From Alphaproteobacteria bacterium (GTDB lineage: Bacteria; Pseudomonadota; Alphaproteobacteria; SP197), in contig CBDAUZ010000002.1 of the NCBI GenBank assembly GCA_965200745.1, positions 199,165-263,164 of the forward strand: a stretch of DNA of 64,000 nucleotides, in the 5' to 3' direction. The notes under the pieces are model-generated. The model had not been told where the DNA came from and ran no database searches. It was given only the letters and a program-made list of their open reading frames with translations. Positions 1 to 10,218 of this stretch are shown piece after piece. The position numbers were made by a program, and so were the translations under genes. Positions within the stretch are counted from its first letter, which is position 1, and each line of letters starts with the position of its first letter.

Positions 1-774
<774 letters not shown>

Positions 775-795
775 TTACTGTCATTCACGACAGAA

Positions 796-1587
796 CTACC
801 TGCCCTTCCAGACAGGTGCCCTGCCCTCGGCAAAGCTAGCCGGGCCCTCCTTGGCATCTTCCGAATTCAGACACGCGGCATATTGTGGAAATGCCTGGCC
901 GCGCAGAGCGCCATAGGCCTCTTCGACCGTCATACCGTCTGTTCCGTTCACGATCGCCTTGATTGCCCGGAGTGATAACGGCGCACTTTTCATGATGGAC
1001 GCAGCGAGTTCGCGTGCACCATCCATCAGTCCTTCCAGCGGCAACACCCGGCTGATCAGACCGAGTTGCATGCCCTCGTCGGCCGAAAGCCTGCGACCCG
1101 TGAACATCATCTCGACCGCGAGAGCCCGGGGAATACGTCTCTGCAACCTGACGACACCACCCCCGTCGGGAAGAATACCGATTTGTGCTTCAGGCAGCCA
1201 TAACTGCGCATTATCCGATGCAACAATCAGATCCGCTGCAAGCGCGAGTTCAAAACCGCCACCGACGGCCATTCCGTTCACGGCTGCAATGACCGGCTTG
1301 TCGAGACTCCACAATTCAGTCAGACCGGCAAATCCACCGTCGATCGCCGCGGATGCATCGGTATCCTCGTTGCCTGCGGCAGCAGCCTTCAGATCCCAGC
1401 CGGCAGAAAAGAATTTGGGGCCGCCACCGGTGATGATCGCGATCCGTGCATCATCATCGTCCCTGAATGCGCAGAATGCATCGGACAGTTCCCGGCTGAC
1501 ATCCAGGCTGATCGCATTCGCCTTGGGCCGATCCAGCGTAATCTCCCAGACACCGTCGGCCTGGTTGATGTTGACAAACTCTGCCAT
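796..1587 (-). CDS. caiD: Enoyl-CoA hydratase, crotonase fold; closely CaiD-like (carnitinyl-CoA dehydratase / crotonobetainyl-CoA hydratase).
   Basis: 263 aa. KFFSAGWDLKAAA, VIAAVNGMAVGGGFELALAAD and a C-terminus SEDAKEGPASFAEGRAPVWKGR align almost motif-for-motif with E. coli CaiD as recalled from memory. Confidence 0.7.
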   Translation of the reverse strand: MAEFVNINQADGVWEITLDRPKANAISLDVSRELSDAFCAFRDDDDARIAIITGGGPKFFSAGWDLKAAAAGNEDTDASAAIDGGFAGLTELWSLDKPVIAAVNGMAVGGGFELALAADLIVASDNAQLWLPEAQIGILPDGGGVVRLQRRIPRALAVEMMFTGRRLSADEGMQLGLISRVLPLEGLMDGARELAASIMKSAPLSLRAIKAIVNGTDGMTVEEAYGALRGQAFPQYAACLNSEDAKEGPASFAEGRAPVWKGR

Positions 1588-2762
1588 CAGGATTCTCCCC
1601 GCATTGATTCGCGGGTCCGCAGAAATGCCCGCGAGATGATGTGTCTCTGAATTTCGCTCGTACCATCCCAGATACGCTCAATCCGCGCGTCGCGCCACAA
1701 ACGCTCGACGGGCAGATCCTTGATCAAGCCCATTCCACCGTGGATCTGTAGCGTCTGATCCGTGACACGCGCAAGCATCTCGGATGCGCACAACTTGGCC
1801 ATCGCAAAGTCCTGGTCCCGGGCTGTGCCGTCGCGCTCAAGCGCTGCAGCCCGCAGGACCATCAACGTTGCAGCCTCGATCTCCGTCGCCATGTCAGCAA
1901 TCTTGAAGGATACGCCCTGGAACTTTCCGATTGTTCGACCGAACTGTTCGCGGGTCGCAGCCCATTCCAGTGCCAGGTCGAACGCCCGTCGTGCACGGCC
2001 TATGCACTGCGCAGCGACGGTCAGGCGTGTGGCTCCAAGCCACTTGTTGGCCACATCAAATCCCCGGTGTTCCCGCCCGAGAATCCTGCTCTCGTGGACC
2101 CGGCAATCGTCAAACACCAGTTCGCAGTGGTGAAATCCCCTGTGCGATACGCTTTCGGCGCCCCTTGTAACCGTCAAGCCCGGCGTTTCCTTGTCAACGA
2201 TAAAGCTCGTGATCATGGAATTGCGACCCTGCGGCACACGATCTTCATCACTCGATGCGAAGAGCAGGATGTAATCCGCGACGTCGGCGTAACTGATGAA
2301 GTGCTTCGTTCCGTTGATGACAAAGGTATCGCCGTCACGAACGGCGCGGGTTCGCATTGCCCGCAGATCCGAACCGGCGCCCGGCTCGGTCATTGCAAGG
2401 CATTCGACCTTTTCCCCGCGGATGGTCGGCAAGAGGTATTCGTCAATCTGCCAGCCATCACATGCGCGAAGAATGTTGCTCGGCCGCGCCACGATGTATT
2501 GCAGCGCAAATACGGTCGTGCCCAGTTCCATTTCCATCAACGCAATGGTCACGGCATCAAGACCGCCACCTCCCAGTTCTTCGGGCATGTTCGCCGCGTA
2601 TAGACCCAATGCGCGTGCACGGTTCCTGATACGTCGAACGAGCCATTCGGGGACCTCGTTCGTTCGCTCCACCTCGTCCTCGTGCGGTGCGAGCTCTTCA
2701 CGAACAAAACGGCGCACCGTTTCGATGATCAGGCGCTGTTCCTCGCTGGGTGTGAATTGCAT
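1587..2762 (-). CDS. Acyl-CoA dehydrogenase (CaiA-like, crotonobetainyl-CoA dehydrogenase family).
   Basis: 391 aa. ACAD fold motifs: TEPGAGSD, FGRTIGKFQG, and a C-terminal IWDGTSEIQRHIISR-type segment. Its start overlaps the stop of the downstream caiD-like gene, indicating translational coupling. Confidence 0.85.
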   Translation of the reverse strand: MQFTPSEEQRLIIETVRRFVREELAPHEDEVERTNEVPEWLVRRIRNRARALGLYAANMPEELGGGGLDAVTIALMEMELGTTVFALQYIVARPSNILRACDGWQIDEYLLPTIRGEKVECLAMTEPGAGSDLRAMRTRAVRDGDTFVINGTKHFISYADVADYILLFASSDEDRVPQGRNSMITSFIVDKETPGLTVTRGAESVSHRGFHHCELVFDDCRVHESRILGREHRGFDVANKWLGATRLTVAAQCIGRARRAFDLALEWAATREQFGRTIGKFQGVSFKIADMATEIEAATLMVLRAAALERDGTARDQDFAMAKLCASEMLARVTDQTLQIHGGMGLIKDLPVERLWRDARIERIWDGTSEIQRHIISRAFLRTRESMRGES

Positions 2763-2965
2763 GGCTGTCCACTGCGTCAGGGGCGCCTTTGATTATTACC
2801 TTGACTGCCCCTCTTCAAGCCATGAAGGAGTCTGATGGCGCATCCCGGTTATCGTTGTCGCAAGCAGATCGCACAAAGCGTGCAGTTTGCACAGATACCG
2901 ATTGATCCGGCGTGTCATGTGACACGACAATACGCTGTTCCTGCAGGCCTTGTCGGAGGAGAACT

Positions 2966-3889
2966 GTGACCCGGTTATCGAACGAACGCATAGCCTATTT
3001 CAACGGCAACTATGTCCCGGAAAGCCAGGTCCTCGTGCCGTTCCGGGATCGTGGATTTCGTTTCAGTGACGGAGCATTTGATACGGAACGGACTGTCGCC
3101 GGTCAAGTGTTCAGGCTCGAAGAACACATCACACGACTCTATCGGTCGCTCAGGTACATCGGCATCCAGATTACCGAATCGCCGGAAACCATGGCGGCGA
3201 TCACACGCGAAGTGGTTGCACGCAACCTCCATCTTCTTCCCGACGGTGAGGATTACTGGGTCTTTCAGAACATCTCGCGCGGTGCGGATTGGGTCGGGGA
3301 CGAGCCAAACATGCGGGTGGGGCCAACGGTGATTGTACATTTGCAGCCAATCCCGTTTCGACCGCGCGCCCGATTGTTCCGTGACGGCATTGATCTGGTC
3401 ATCGCGCCATTTCGGCGCACCCCGCCCGAATCACAAAGTCCGCGTGCGAAGCTCACGGACTACATGAACGTCACGCTCGCGGATATGTATGTGAAGGCGC
3501 AGAACCCCGATGCCTGGGCGGGATTGCTCGACGTGAACGGCAACCTGAACGAAGGGGCCGGACAGAACCTCTGGTTGGTTCGCGACGGCGTTCTTCATAC
3601 ACCGCAGTCCGAAATGATCCTGGAAGGCGTCAGCCGCGCGGTAGTCATGGAGATTGCCGCAGATCTGGGTATTCCGGTTCACGCGGACCGCCTCGACCTG
3701 TTCGATGCCTATACAGCCGACGAGATCTTTCTCTCTTCGACAAGTCTTTGCGTTTGTCCTGTCCGTTCAATCGACAATCGACAGCCTGCCAGCACCACCG
3801 TTCCGGGGCCCGTGACGCGGAGGATCATGGACGGATACAAGGATCTGTTGTCATTCGATTTCGAGGCACAATACCTGCAGTTTCTCTAG
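2966..3889 (+). CDS. Class IV aminotransferase (branched-chain amino acid / D-amino acid aminotransferase family).
   Basis: N-terminal AYFNGNYVPESQVLVPFRDRGFRFSDGAFDTER is the class-IV hallmark. Likely start is GTG at 2966, preceded by GGAGGAG 5 nt upstream; the tracked ORF starts earlier at 2912 in the same frame. Confidence 0.8.
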   Translation: MTRLSNERIAYFNGNYVPESQVLVPFRDRGFRFSDGAFDTERTVAGQVFRLEEHITRLYRSLRYIGIQITESPETMAAITREVVARNLHLLPDGEDYWVFQNISRGADWVGDEPNMRVGPTVIVHLQPIPFRPRARLFRDGIDLVIAPFRRTPPESQSPRAKLTDYMNVTLADMYVKAQNPDAWAGLLDVNGNLNEGAGQNLWLVRDGVLHTPQSEMILEGVSRAVVMEIAADLGIPVHADRLDLFDAYTADEIFLSSTSLCVCPVRSIDNRQPASTTVPGPVTRRIMDGYKDLLSFDFEAQYLQFL

Positions 3890-4077
3890 CAGCTGGCCAC
3901 AATGCCCGCATGGCGGACCATGGCACTGGACGTCTGACGGCTACAACGTCATTTCCGGACATCGGCCTGATGGTCACCGCGTCGGACTGTTGCGCAATTC
4001 AAAGATATCGGGGCCGGACACACTTTCGTGTCCGGCCCCGAATTCAGGAAAACCAAACTGATCCGTGTGTCGTCAGA

Positions 4078-4314
4078 TCAGCGATCAACCATCGCATCGT
4101 GGCGGCCACGATGATCCAGAGCAGCATCCAGCCCGACATCATTGTAGTGGCGAACTGCGGCATCAAGTTCCTTGTTTTCGGAGTTGATCTGCCAAAGGTG
4201 CCAGGCAACCCAGATCGCAACACCGACAATGGCAAGAAGCCACTCGGTACCGGGGAACGGGTAGATCGCACCCAGCGACGCAACATCGCTCCAGCTTTCA
4301 ACATTTGTAGACAT
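4078..4314 (-). CDS. Small (78 aa) single-pass membrane protein, hypothetical, encoded immediately downstream of amt.
   Basis: One hydrophobic helix (WLLAIVGVAIWVAWHLW). AGGAGG SD 9 nt upstream of the ATG. Codon usage is consistent with the host. Confidence 0.4.
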   Translation of the reverse strand: MSTNVESWSDVASLGAIYPFPGTEWLLAIVGVAIWVAWHLWQINSENKELDAAVRHYNDVGLDAALDHRGRHDAMVDR

Positions 4315-4342
4315 ATTCAGTTACCTCCTGATGACGGGACGC

Positions 4343-5794
4343 TTATCCCCGCGCTGTTTCACGATCAATTTCTTCCATTTTGGTATCGCGAAAGGCGTGG
4401 TACGGGAATGCATCTCCGTAGTCATGCGTATCGAGTCCGGCGAGTTCGACTTCGCGTGGAACACGCAACCAACCAAGTCCGTTGAGGATTTTCGCCAACA
4501 CATAGCAGGGAATGAATCCGAGACCCCAGAACATGATCACAGCACCCAGGAAGTTTCCGAGTGGATTGATGACCGCAACGCCATCAGCGTTGGTCCCGAA
4601 CCAGCCCGCAGCTTCACCGGCGACATTTGACGGGTAACCCCACAGCATGAACCCGGCAATGACCGTGCCGACGAATCCCGCGTAACCATGGACCGCCACA
4701 GCGCCCACTGCATCGTCGATCTTGAACTTGCGCTCGACCCAGTAGTGGAGTTTGTACGCAATCCAGACACCGATCATTGCAATGATCATGGACTCGATCG
4801 GGTGATAGAGATCGTTACCCGCCGACGCCGTAATGACACCGGCAAGTCCTCCCGAGTAACTCCAGAACGGTTGTCCGCGCGAGACGATATAACCCGCCAG
4901 GAGACCGCCTGACAGCGACATCAGGAAGTTGAAGGTGATCGCAGATAACGAGGTCGGCGTGAGATAAATGGTCGTTGCCGTGAAGAATGGTTCGCCTTCT
5001 ACACCGAGAACACCGGAAGTGTAGTCGATGATCGGGACATTGCACGCCGCGTAGAAGCCCCAGAAACCCGTGTAGATCAGGAACAGTCCGACTGTAACAA
5101 ACCACGGGTTGTTTTGCGGGATATCGCGCGGAGTGCCGTCCTTGGCAAACTTGCCCAGTCGCGGACCGAGAACAACAAGGACACCCAACGCCGAACCACC
5201 GGCGATGCCATGAACAACCGAGGATGCGTATGCATCATGGTAACCCATGAGCTGGACCATCCAGCCGTTCCAGCTCCAGCCCCATGCCGCATCAATGATC
5301 CATGTAACAGATCCAACCAGAACGACGATGATGAGGAAAGCCTGGGTCTTGATGCGCTCAATGACCGCACCAGAGACAATCGAAGCAGTTGTCCAGGAAA
5401 ACAGCAGGAACGCTGCCCAGAACACGCCGTTGATTCGTGCCCAGAACATGGTGTCAGCGGCTGTAAGGCTTCCATCCTGTACGGTGACCGAGCCACCCAT
5501 GTGTGTGCCCATGAGCTCGGACCAGGGTACAGCGAACGGTGCATCGACCAACCCGCCCATGAACGGGAAATAGGGGAACGCAAAGTAGATCCACCAGCCA
5601 AAGTAGAAAAACGTTACCGTTACGAGCGGTATCAGCATCGTGTTTTTCATCAATGTATGCTGAATGTTCTGGCGACGAGACGCGCCTACCTCGTAGACGC
5701 AGAAACCTACGTGGATCAGAAACATGATGACCACGGTGACCCAGTAGTAAAATTCCGTAAATATGACGGTCAGAGAGCCAAACTCGTCAGACAT
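4343..5794 (-). CDS. amt: Ammonium transporter (Amt/MEP family).
   Basis: About 11 predicted TM helices; Amt signature regions (YEVGASRRQN..., AVHGYAGFVGT, GLDTHD...). Start chosen at MSDEFGSL (ATG 5794, AAGGAA SD) rather than the ORF-track ATG at 5830. Confidence 0.9.
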   Translation of the reverse strand: MSDEFGSLTVIFTEFYYWVTVVIMFLIHVGFCVYEVGASRRQNIQHTLMKNTMLIPLVTVTFFYFGWWIYFAFPYFPFMGGLVDAPFAVPWSELMGTHMGGSVTVQDGSLTAADTMFWARINGVFWAAFLLFSWTTASIVSGAVIERIKTQAFLIIVVLVGSVTWIIDAAWGWSWNGWMVQLMGYHDAYASSVVHGIAGGSALGVLVVLGPRLGKFAKDGTPRDIPQNNPWFVTVGLFLIYTGFWGFYAACNVPIIDYTSGVLGVEGEPFFTATTIYLTPTSLSAITFNFLMSLSGGLLAGYIVSRGQPFWSYSGGLAGVITASAGNDLYHPIESMIIAMIGVWIAYKLHYWVERKFKIDDAVGAVAVHGYAGFVGTVIAGFMLWGYPSNVAGEAAGWFGTNADGVAVINPLGNFLGAVIMFWGLGFIPCYVLAKILNGLGWLRVPREVELAGLDTHDYGDAFPYHAFRDTKMEEIDRETARG

Positions 5795-5884
5795 CGTCCT
5801 GGTTCCTTCCGTATTTTGAAGACGCCGCAACCACCGCCAATAGCGGTCGCCCCGACATGCACATCAGTTTACGATTCAATCTCA

Positions 5885-5903
5885 ATGCTGCAAGGGCACC
5901 GGT
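5885..5903 (-). promoter_or_regulatory. Candidate sigma-54 (-24/-12) promoter upstream of amt.
   Basis: Minus-strand sequence CCGGTGCCCTTGCAGCATT has GG and GC elements at sigma-54 spacing (GG-N10-GC), about 90-110 nt upstream of the amt start. NtrC/sigma-54 control of amt genes is common. Confidence 0.25.
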
Positions 5904-5950
5904 TACGGTGTCTTGCCGGCACAATCCAATATCGGCAGGGTCCCGCGTTC

Positions 5951-6544
5951 ATGATCGAGTCGTCAGAAATGAATCACAACCATGGCGAACAATTGCGCGA
6001 ACGATTCATGGCATGGCAATGTCTTATTCGTCAGTATGCCATGCGACGCGCTGACGGGCGTCCGACAGAAGGCATGGAACCCCTTGCGGTACTTCCCGGA
6101 ATGGTGGAACTCGGACACATTCGCACGGTCATCGTGCAGAAGACACCCGAAGACTCTATCGCATTGTTCCAGCAGATTGTCCGCGGTTCACTTGACCCGC
6201 GTGAGCGACAGGAAAAGGCGCTCAGACATCTTGCGGCGTTCTATTATCAGCAACCGAAACGATTTGAACCGCGGCTGTTTGCACAGTTTCGTGCGTCTTC
6301 AACGGGCGCAGCACATCTACTTGAAGCCGGAACGTGCACGCTCCGCTTCAGTCAGGCCACACAAGAATTTGTTCTGTTCTGCGATGTCGAGAAGCTTGCC
6401 GGTAACGATCAGTTTGCGACAGCACTGACCTGGCACAATGCCTTGTTCAGCGGCGCATTGATGCCCGACTCGATACGACTTGCATTCGCGCCACAGTGGA
6501 GTCGATGCACGGCTGTACCACCGGTTCCGACCAGCACTGAATAA
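5951..6544 (+). CDS. Hypothetical protein (about 197 aa).
   Basis: This is the 3' part of the long + ORF 5114..6544 that does not overlap amt. It starts at ATG 5951 (MIESSEMNHNHGEQLRERF...). Coding-like composition, but no recognisable motif. Confidence 0.45.
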   Translation: MIESSEMNHNHGEQLRERFMAWQCLIRQYAMRRADGRPTEGMEPLAVLPGMVELGHIRTVIVQKTPEDSIALFQQIVRGSLDPRERQEKALRHLAAFYYQQPKRFEPRLFAQFRASSTGAAHLLEAGTCTLRFSQATQEFVLFCDVEKLAGNDQFATALTWHNALFSGALMPDSIRLAFAPQWSRCTAVPPVPTSTE

Positions 6545-6626
6545 TCAGCATCCCCGGTTCAAGAGAGCTGTCACACAGGATTTCCCGGGAATGCATCCAC
6601 GATTTTCTGTGTCACGATTTTGTTCA

Positions 6627-7937
6627 TCACAGGATGAACCGGCTCAGATCCACATTCTTGACAAGCTCGCCGACCCGCTCCTCCACGAATGGAGAGCTGA
6701 TAAGGATTTCGTCGCCCGGCCGATCCGGCGCGGTAAAGCTGATTTCGTCGAGAAGCTTTTCCATCACCGTGTGCAGGCGACGGGCGCCAATATTCTCGAC
6801 ATTCTCGTTGATGCGGGTTGCCAGGTCCGCAAGGGTATCGATCGCATCGTCCGTGAACTCAAGAAGCACACGCTCCGTTTTCAGAAGTTCCTTGTACTGC
6901 AGAAGGAGATTGTTGACCGGCTCTGTCAGGATGCGACGGAAATCGTCACGGGTGAGTGCATTGAGTTCGACCCTGTTTGGCAACCGGCCCTGGAGTTCCG
7001 GCAGCAGATCCGCAGGTTTTGCCAGATGGAACGCACCCGAACAGATAAAGAGGATATGGTCGGTCTTGACCGGGCCATGTTTTGTCGAGACCGTCGTGCC
7101 CTCGATGAGTGGAAGAAGGTCGCGTTGAACGCCTTCGCGTGACACATCGCCAACCATTCTGTCGTTGCGTCCGGCAATCTTGTCTATTTCGTCGATGAAG
7201 ACAATGCCGTCCTGTTCCGTGGCGTCCACGGCGCTGCGAACTACGACATCCTCGTCGAGCAATTTGTCCGATTCTTCGGCCATAAGCAGGTCGTAGCTGT
7301 CGCCGACTTTCAGCTTGCGCTTCTTGGTATTTTCGCCGAACGCCTTTCCGAAAACATCGCCGAGATTGACCATGCCCATCTGGGCACCAGGCATGCCGGG
7401 CACCTCGAAGGTCGGCATGTTCGGCGAGTTTGTGTCCTGCACGTCCAGTGTCACTTCGTGATCGTCGAGCTTCTCCTGACGCAGCAGGGTTCTGTACTTG
7501 TTGCGTGTTTCGGTACTCGCGTTCTTTCCTGCAAGCGCTTCGATCACACGATTCTCGGCGGCGAGGCGCGCCTGTGCTTCAACTTCCTTGCGCTTTTCCT
7601 CTCGCTTCTGCGTGATCGCGATCTCGACGAGGTCACGGATGATTTGCTCGACATCCCGACCGACGTAGCCGACTTCGGTGTACTTGGTTGCCTCGACCTT
7701 GAGAAATGGTGCGTTGGCCAGTTTCGCAAGCCGTCGGGCTATCTCCGTCTTGCCAACACCGGTTGGCCCGATCATCAGTATGTTCTTGGGAAGAACCTCA
7801 TCCCGCAACATGTCGTCGAGCTGCTGACGACGCCACCTGTTCCGAAGCGCAATTGCAACCGCGCGTTTGGCCGCGTTCTGGCCGATGATGAATCTGTCAA
7901 GTTCCGAGACTATCTCCCGGGGTGAGAATGAGCTCAT
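6627..7937 (-). CDS. hslU: ATP-dependent protease ATPase subunit HslU.
   Basis: 436 aa. [22 protein letters not shown], Walker [16 protein letters not shown], conserved C-terminus ...VDLSRFIL. Confidence 0.95.
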   Translation of the reverse strand: MSSFSPREIVSELDRFIIGQNAAKRAVAIALRNRWRRQQLDDMLRDEVLPKNILMIGPTGVGKTEIARRLAKLANAPFLKVEATKYTEVGYVGRDVEQIIRDLVEIAITQKREEKRKEVEAQARLAAENRVIEALAGKNASTETRNKYRTLLRQEKLDDHEVTLDVQDTNSPNMPTFEVPGMPGAQMGMVNLGDVFGKAFGENTKKRKLKVGDSYDLLMAEESDKLLDEDVVVRSAVDATEQDGIVFIDEIDKIAGRNDRMVGDVSREGVQRDLLPLIEGTTVSTKHGPVKTDHILFICSGAFHLAKPADLLPELQGRLPNRVELNALTRDDFRRILTEPVNNLLLQYKELLKTERVLLEFTDDAIDTLADLATRINENVENIGARRLHTVMEKLLDEISFTAPDRPGDEILISSPFVEERVGELVKNVDLSRFIL

Positions 7938-8055
7938 GTGTTCCTCAGAGAGCGACGGAAAGAAACGATCCTTACAAGACGTCGTTGTCGTCTGGAGCGA
8001 TCGATTGCAATCCGGCAGGTGCGGTTTTCATTCTAGTCTGACGCCACGCGTCGTT

Positions 8056-8610
8056 CTACCTTGTATCAAGAGACTCCACGGTAACCGCGGTATTTGTGTA
8101 CACGCAGATTTCAGCAGCAATGGCCAGGCTCTTGCGCGCGACATCTTCCGCCGAAATACCGTCAGTCGATAACAGTGCCTTTGCCGCAGCAAGCGCGAAG
8201 TTTCCACCCGATCCGATTCCGATCAAGCCGTCTTCCGGTTCCAGCACATCGCCAGTTCCGCTGATGACGAGCGAAACATTGGCATCCGCGACAGCCATGA
8301 GCGCTTCAAGTCGGCGAAGGTAACGGTCGGTCCTCCAGTCCTTCGCCAGTTCCACACACGCCCGCGCGAGTTGGCCCGGATGACGCTCAAGTTTGGCCTC
8401 CAGTCGCTCGAAGAGTGTGAAGGCATCCGCTGTTGCTCCTGCGAATCCCACCAGAATCGAACCCGATCCCAGTCGGCGCACCTTGACGGCATTTGACTTG
8501 ATCACTGACTGACCCATGGTCACCTGGCCATCACCGGCAATGACAACCTTCCCGTCCTTGCGGACGGAAAGAATGGTCGTGCCGTGCCATACGGACTCCT
8601 TCGTGTGCAT
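8056..8610 (-). CDS. hslV: ATP-dependent protease subunit HslV, with an alphaproteobacterial-type N-terminal propeptide.
   Basis: [23 protein letters not shown]hr-protease N-terminus preceded by [18 protein letters not shown] present. Lies downstream of hslU on the same strand. Confidence 0.95.
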   Translation of the reverse strand: MHTKESVWHGTTILSVRKDGKVVIAGDGQVTMGQSVIKSNAVKVRRLGSGSILVGFAGATADAFTLFERLEAKLERHPGQLARACVELAKDWRTDRYLRRLEALMAVADANVSLVISGTGDVLEPEDGLIGIGSGGNFALAAAKALLSTDGISAEDVARKSLAIAAEICVYTNTAVTVESLDTR

Positions 8611-9349
8611 TTACTGCAATCTCCTACCAACCGGTATTCAGAACAGGATCATCAATTCGATCTGTCTCGCAAAGCCGCGATCATTCGAAAAAATGAACGA
8701 TATTGTTCAAGCGAAACAACGGCAGACACACAAGCGATACCGCGATCTTGCGCTGCATGAAGATCGGGCGATCAGTCTGTCCACCGCTGCAAACTGACCT
8801 TGTCATGCGATCCCGGCAGATTCGTATATTGCGTTCTACCGGACATTCACAGGTCATGAGAACCAGAAACCGCGCCTTTGGAACCCGCTGTCTCGTTTCG
8901 ATTCCGGGACCGGTTTCACCCCTTTACTGTATCGTCGTTCAGTCATGTTTCCAGACTCAGAATATGTAGTTGATCGGCAACAATCTGCAATACCTGACGG
9001 TTTCGGCCATGAGAAATCGACGAACACGAACAGATTGGTGCGTCATTTTCGTTTGTGGGATCGCCGTAGAAGGCCCGTCGGCCAGGTTGACATGATCCGC
9101 ACACACCGCCCTGGTACCGCGGAACCCTGTCGACAGCGACGAGAAGGCAGAGATAGACGGTGAGACCAACGCCTAATTGATCGCCGTACGCGATGGCAAC
9201 CAGGCACGGGACCGCCGTGAACTGACCGTTGCACAACGGTCACATAATCGGGCGATTTACGGGCAAAGCCATATCAACGCTGCCTCCATCAACACGAGGC
9301 CTTCAGGAAACCGGTTCAACGACGGTACGCGTGGTATTGCGCCTCGGAT

Positions 9350-9652
9350 GTGATGACAAGCGCGCAGGAGGTGGAATTTCATCGGGACTTTCCGGACCAG
9401 CACGGAGTAACACACACCGCGCTCGATCCGGAAACCACGTCGGGTTACCCGGCCGGACAGCGCCGCGCTGCAGATTTTTGGAGAGAGGGGTATCGTGGAC
9501 TGGTCTACCCGTCCGTACGCCATCCCGGTGGCCGGTGTTTTGTCGCCTTCGACCCCGGTATCATCCAGAATGTTCGTCGGCGAGCAAGTTGGACGCTCGT
9601 CTGGCATGGTTCGCCAGAATTCACAATCGAGGCGTTGAGTCACCTTTCATGA
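9350..9652 (+). pseudogene. Fragment (C-terminal half only) of a RES-domain toxin (RES-Xre type TA family); apparently truncated or frameshifted.
   Basis: ...YPAGQRRAADFWREGYRGLVYPSVRHPGGRCFVAFDPGII matches the conserved C-terminal core of RES-domain proteins (G-x-G-L-x-Y/VPSA-x-PGG-x-N-x-V-x-F). The same frame is closed by a stop at 9245, so the N-terminal R-E-S motif region is missing. Confidence 0.35.
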
Positions 9653-10218
9653 TCTTGATGCGGTACTTTTATATATCGTCATAAGATAATGAAAATGCGA
9701 TATGTTTTCCTCCATGAATATCTTCACCTTCCTCTACATCATCAGCCGCGAGTCTTGCGGCGGTTTCGACTGGGCGTCTGTGGAAATCTCCTGAACGAAG
9801 TCGAAGACGCTCGCAGGTGGTCGGGCTTCCTCATCATCGTAACAGCGAAAGAGAAGGTTCAATTCGTCCGTGCTGGGCAGAGCTTCGGCCCGGTCTCCTT
9901 GCTGCGCTCGGATGGTTTCCCCGGCTCGTACAAATCGCCTATATGAAGATCGATAAGATTGCCAAAGGTCAGGAGACCAGCATGTTGATCAGTGCCGGTC
10001 CCTGATCCACAGGCGTTTCCGCCTGACGTACACAGCGATGGGAGTCGTCGTGGCGAAAAATTGTTTCGCTCGAACAGCGGCCAATTCATCGGGTCTCGAC
10101 TCGGTGGGTACCTGAAGAAAGCTCAGACGTCGGTCACCATATTCATGTGTGTACAAAGAGACGCCGTTGAGGGGCAGGTTCAAGGATTTCGGGCGTAGCA
10201 GTCGTCGTCGCCAACAGT

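Noticed and set aside
5114-5950. 5' two-thirds of the 476-aa + ORF 5114..6544
   Set aside because: Overlaps the well-supported amt gene on the opposite strand. Only the non-overlapping 3' portion (5951..6544) was kept, as a hypothetical gene.
9689-10005. Small + ORFs (85 aa, 62 aa) in the hslV-dusA spacer
   Set aside because: No SD, no motif, and they overlap each other in different frames. Treated as part of the degraded region rather than genes.
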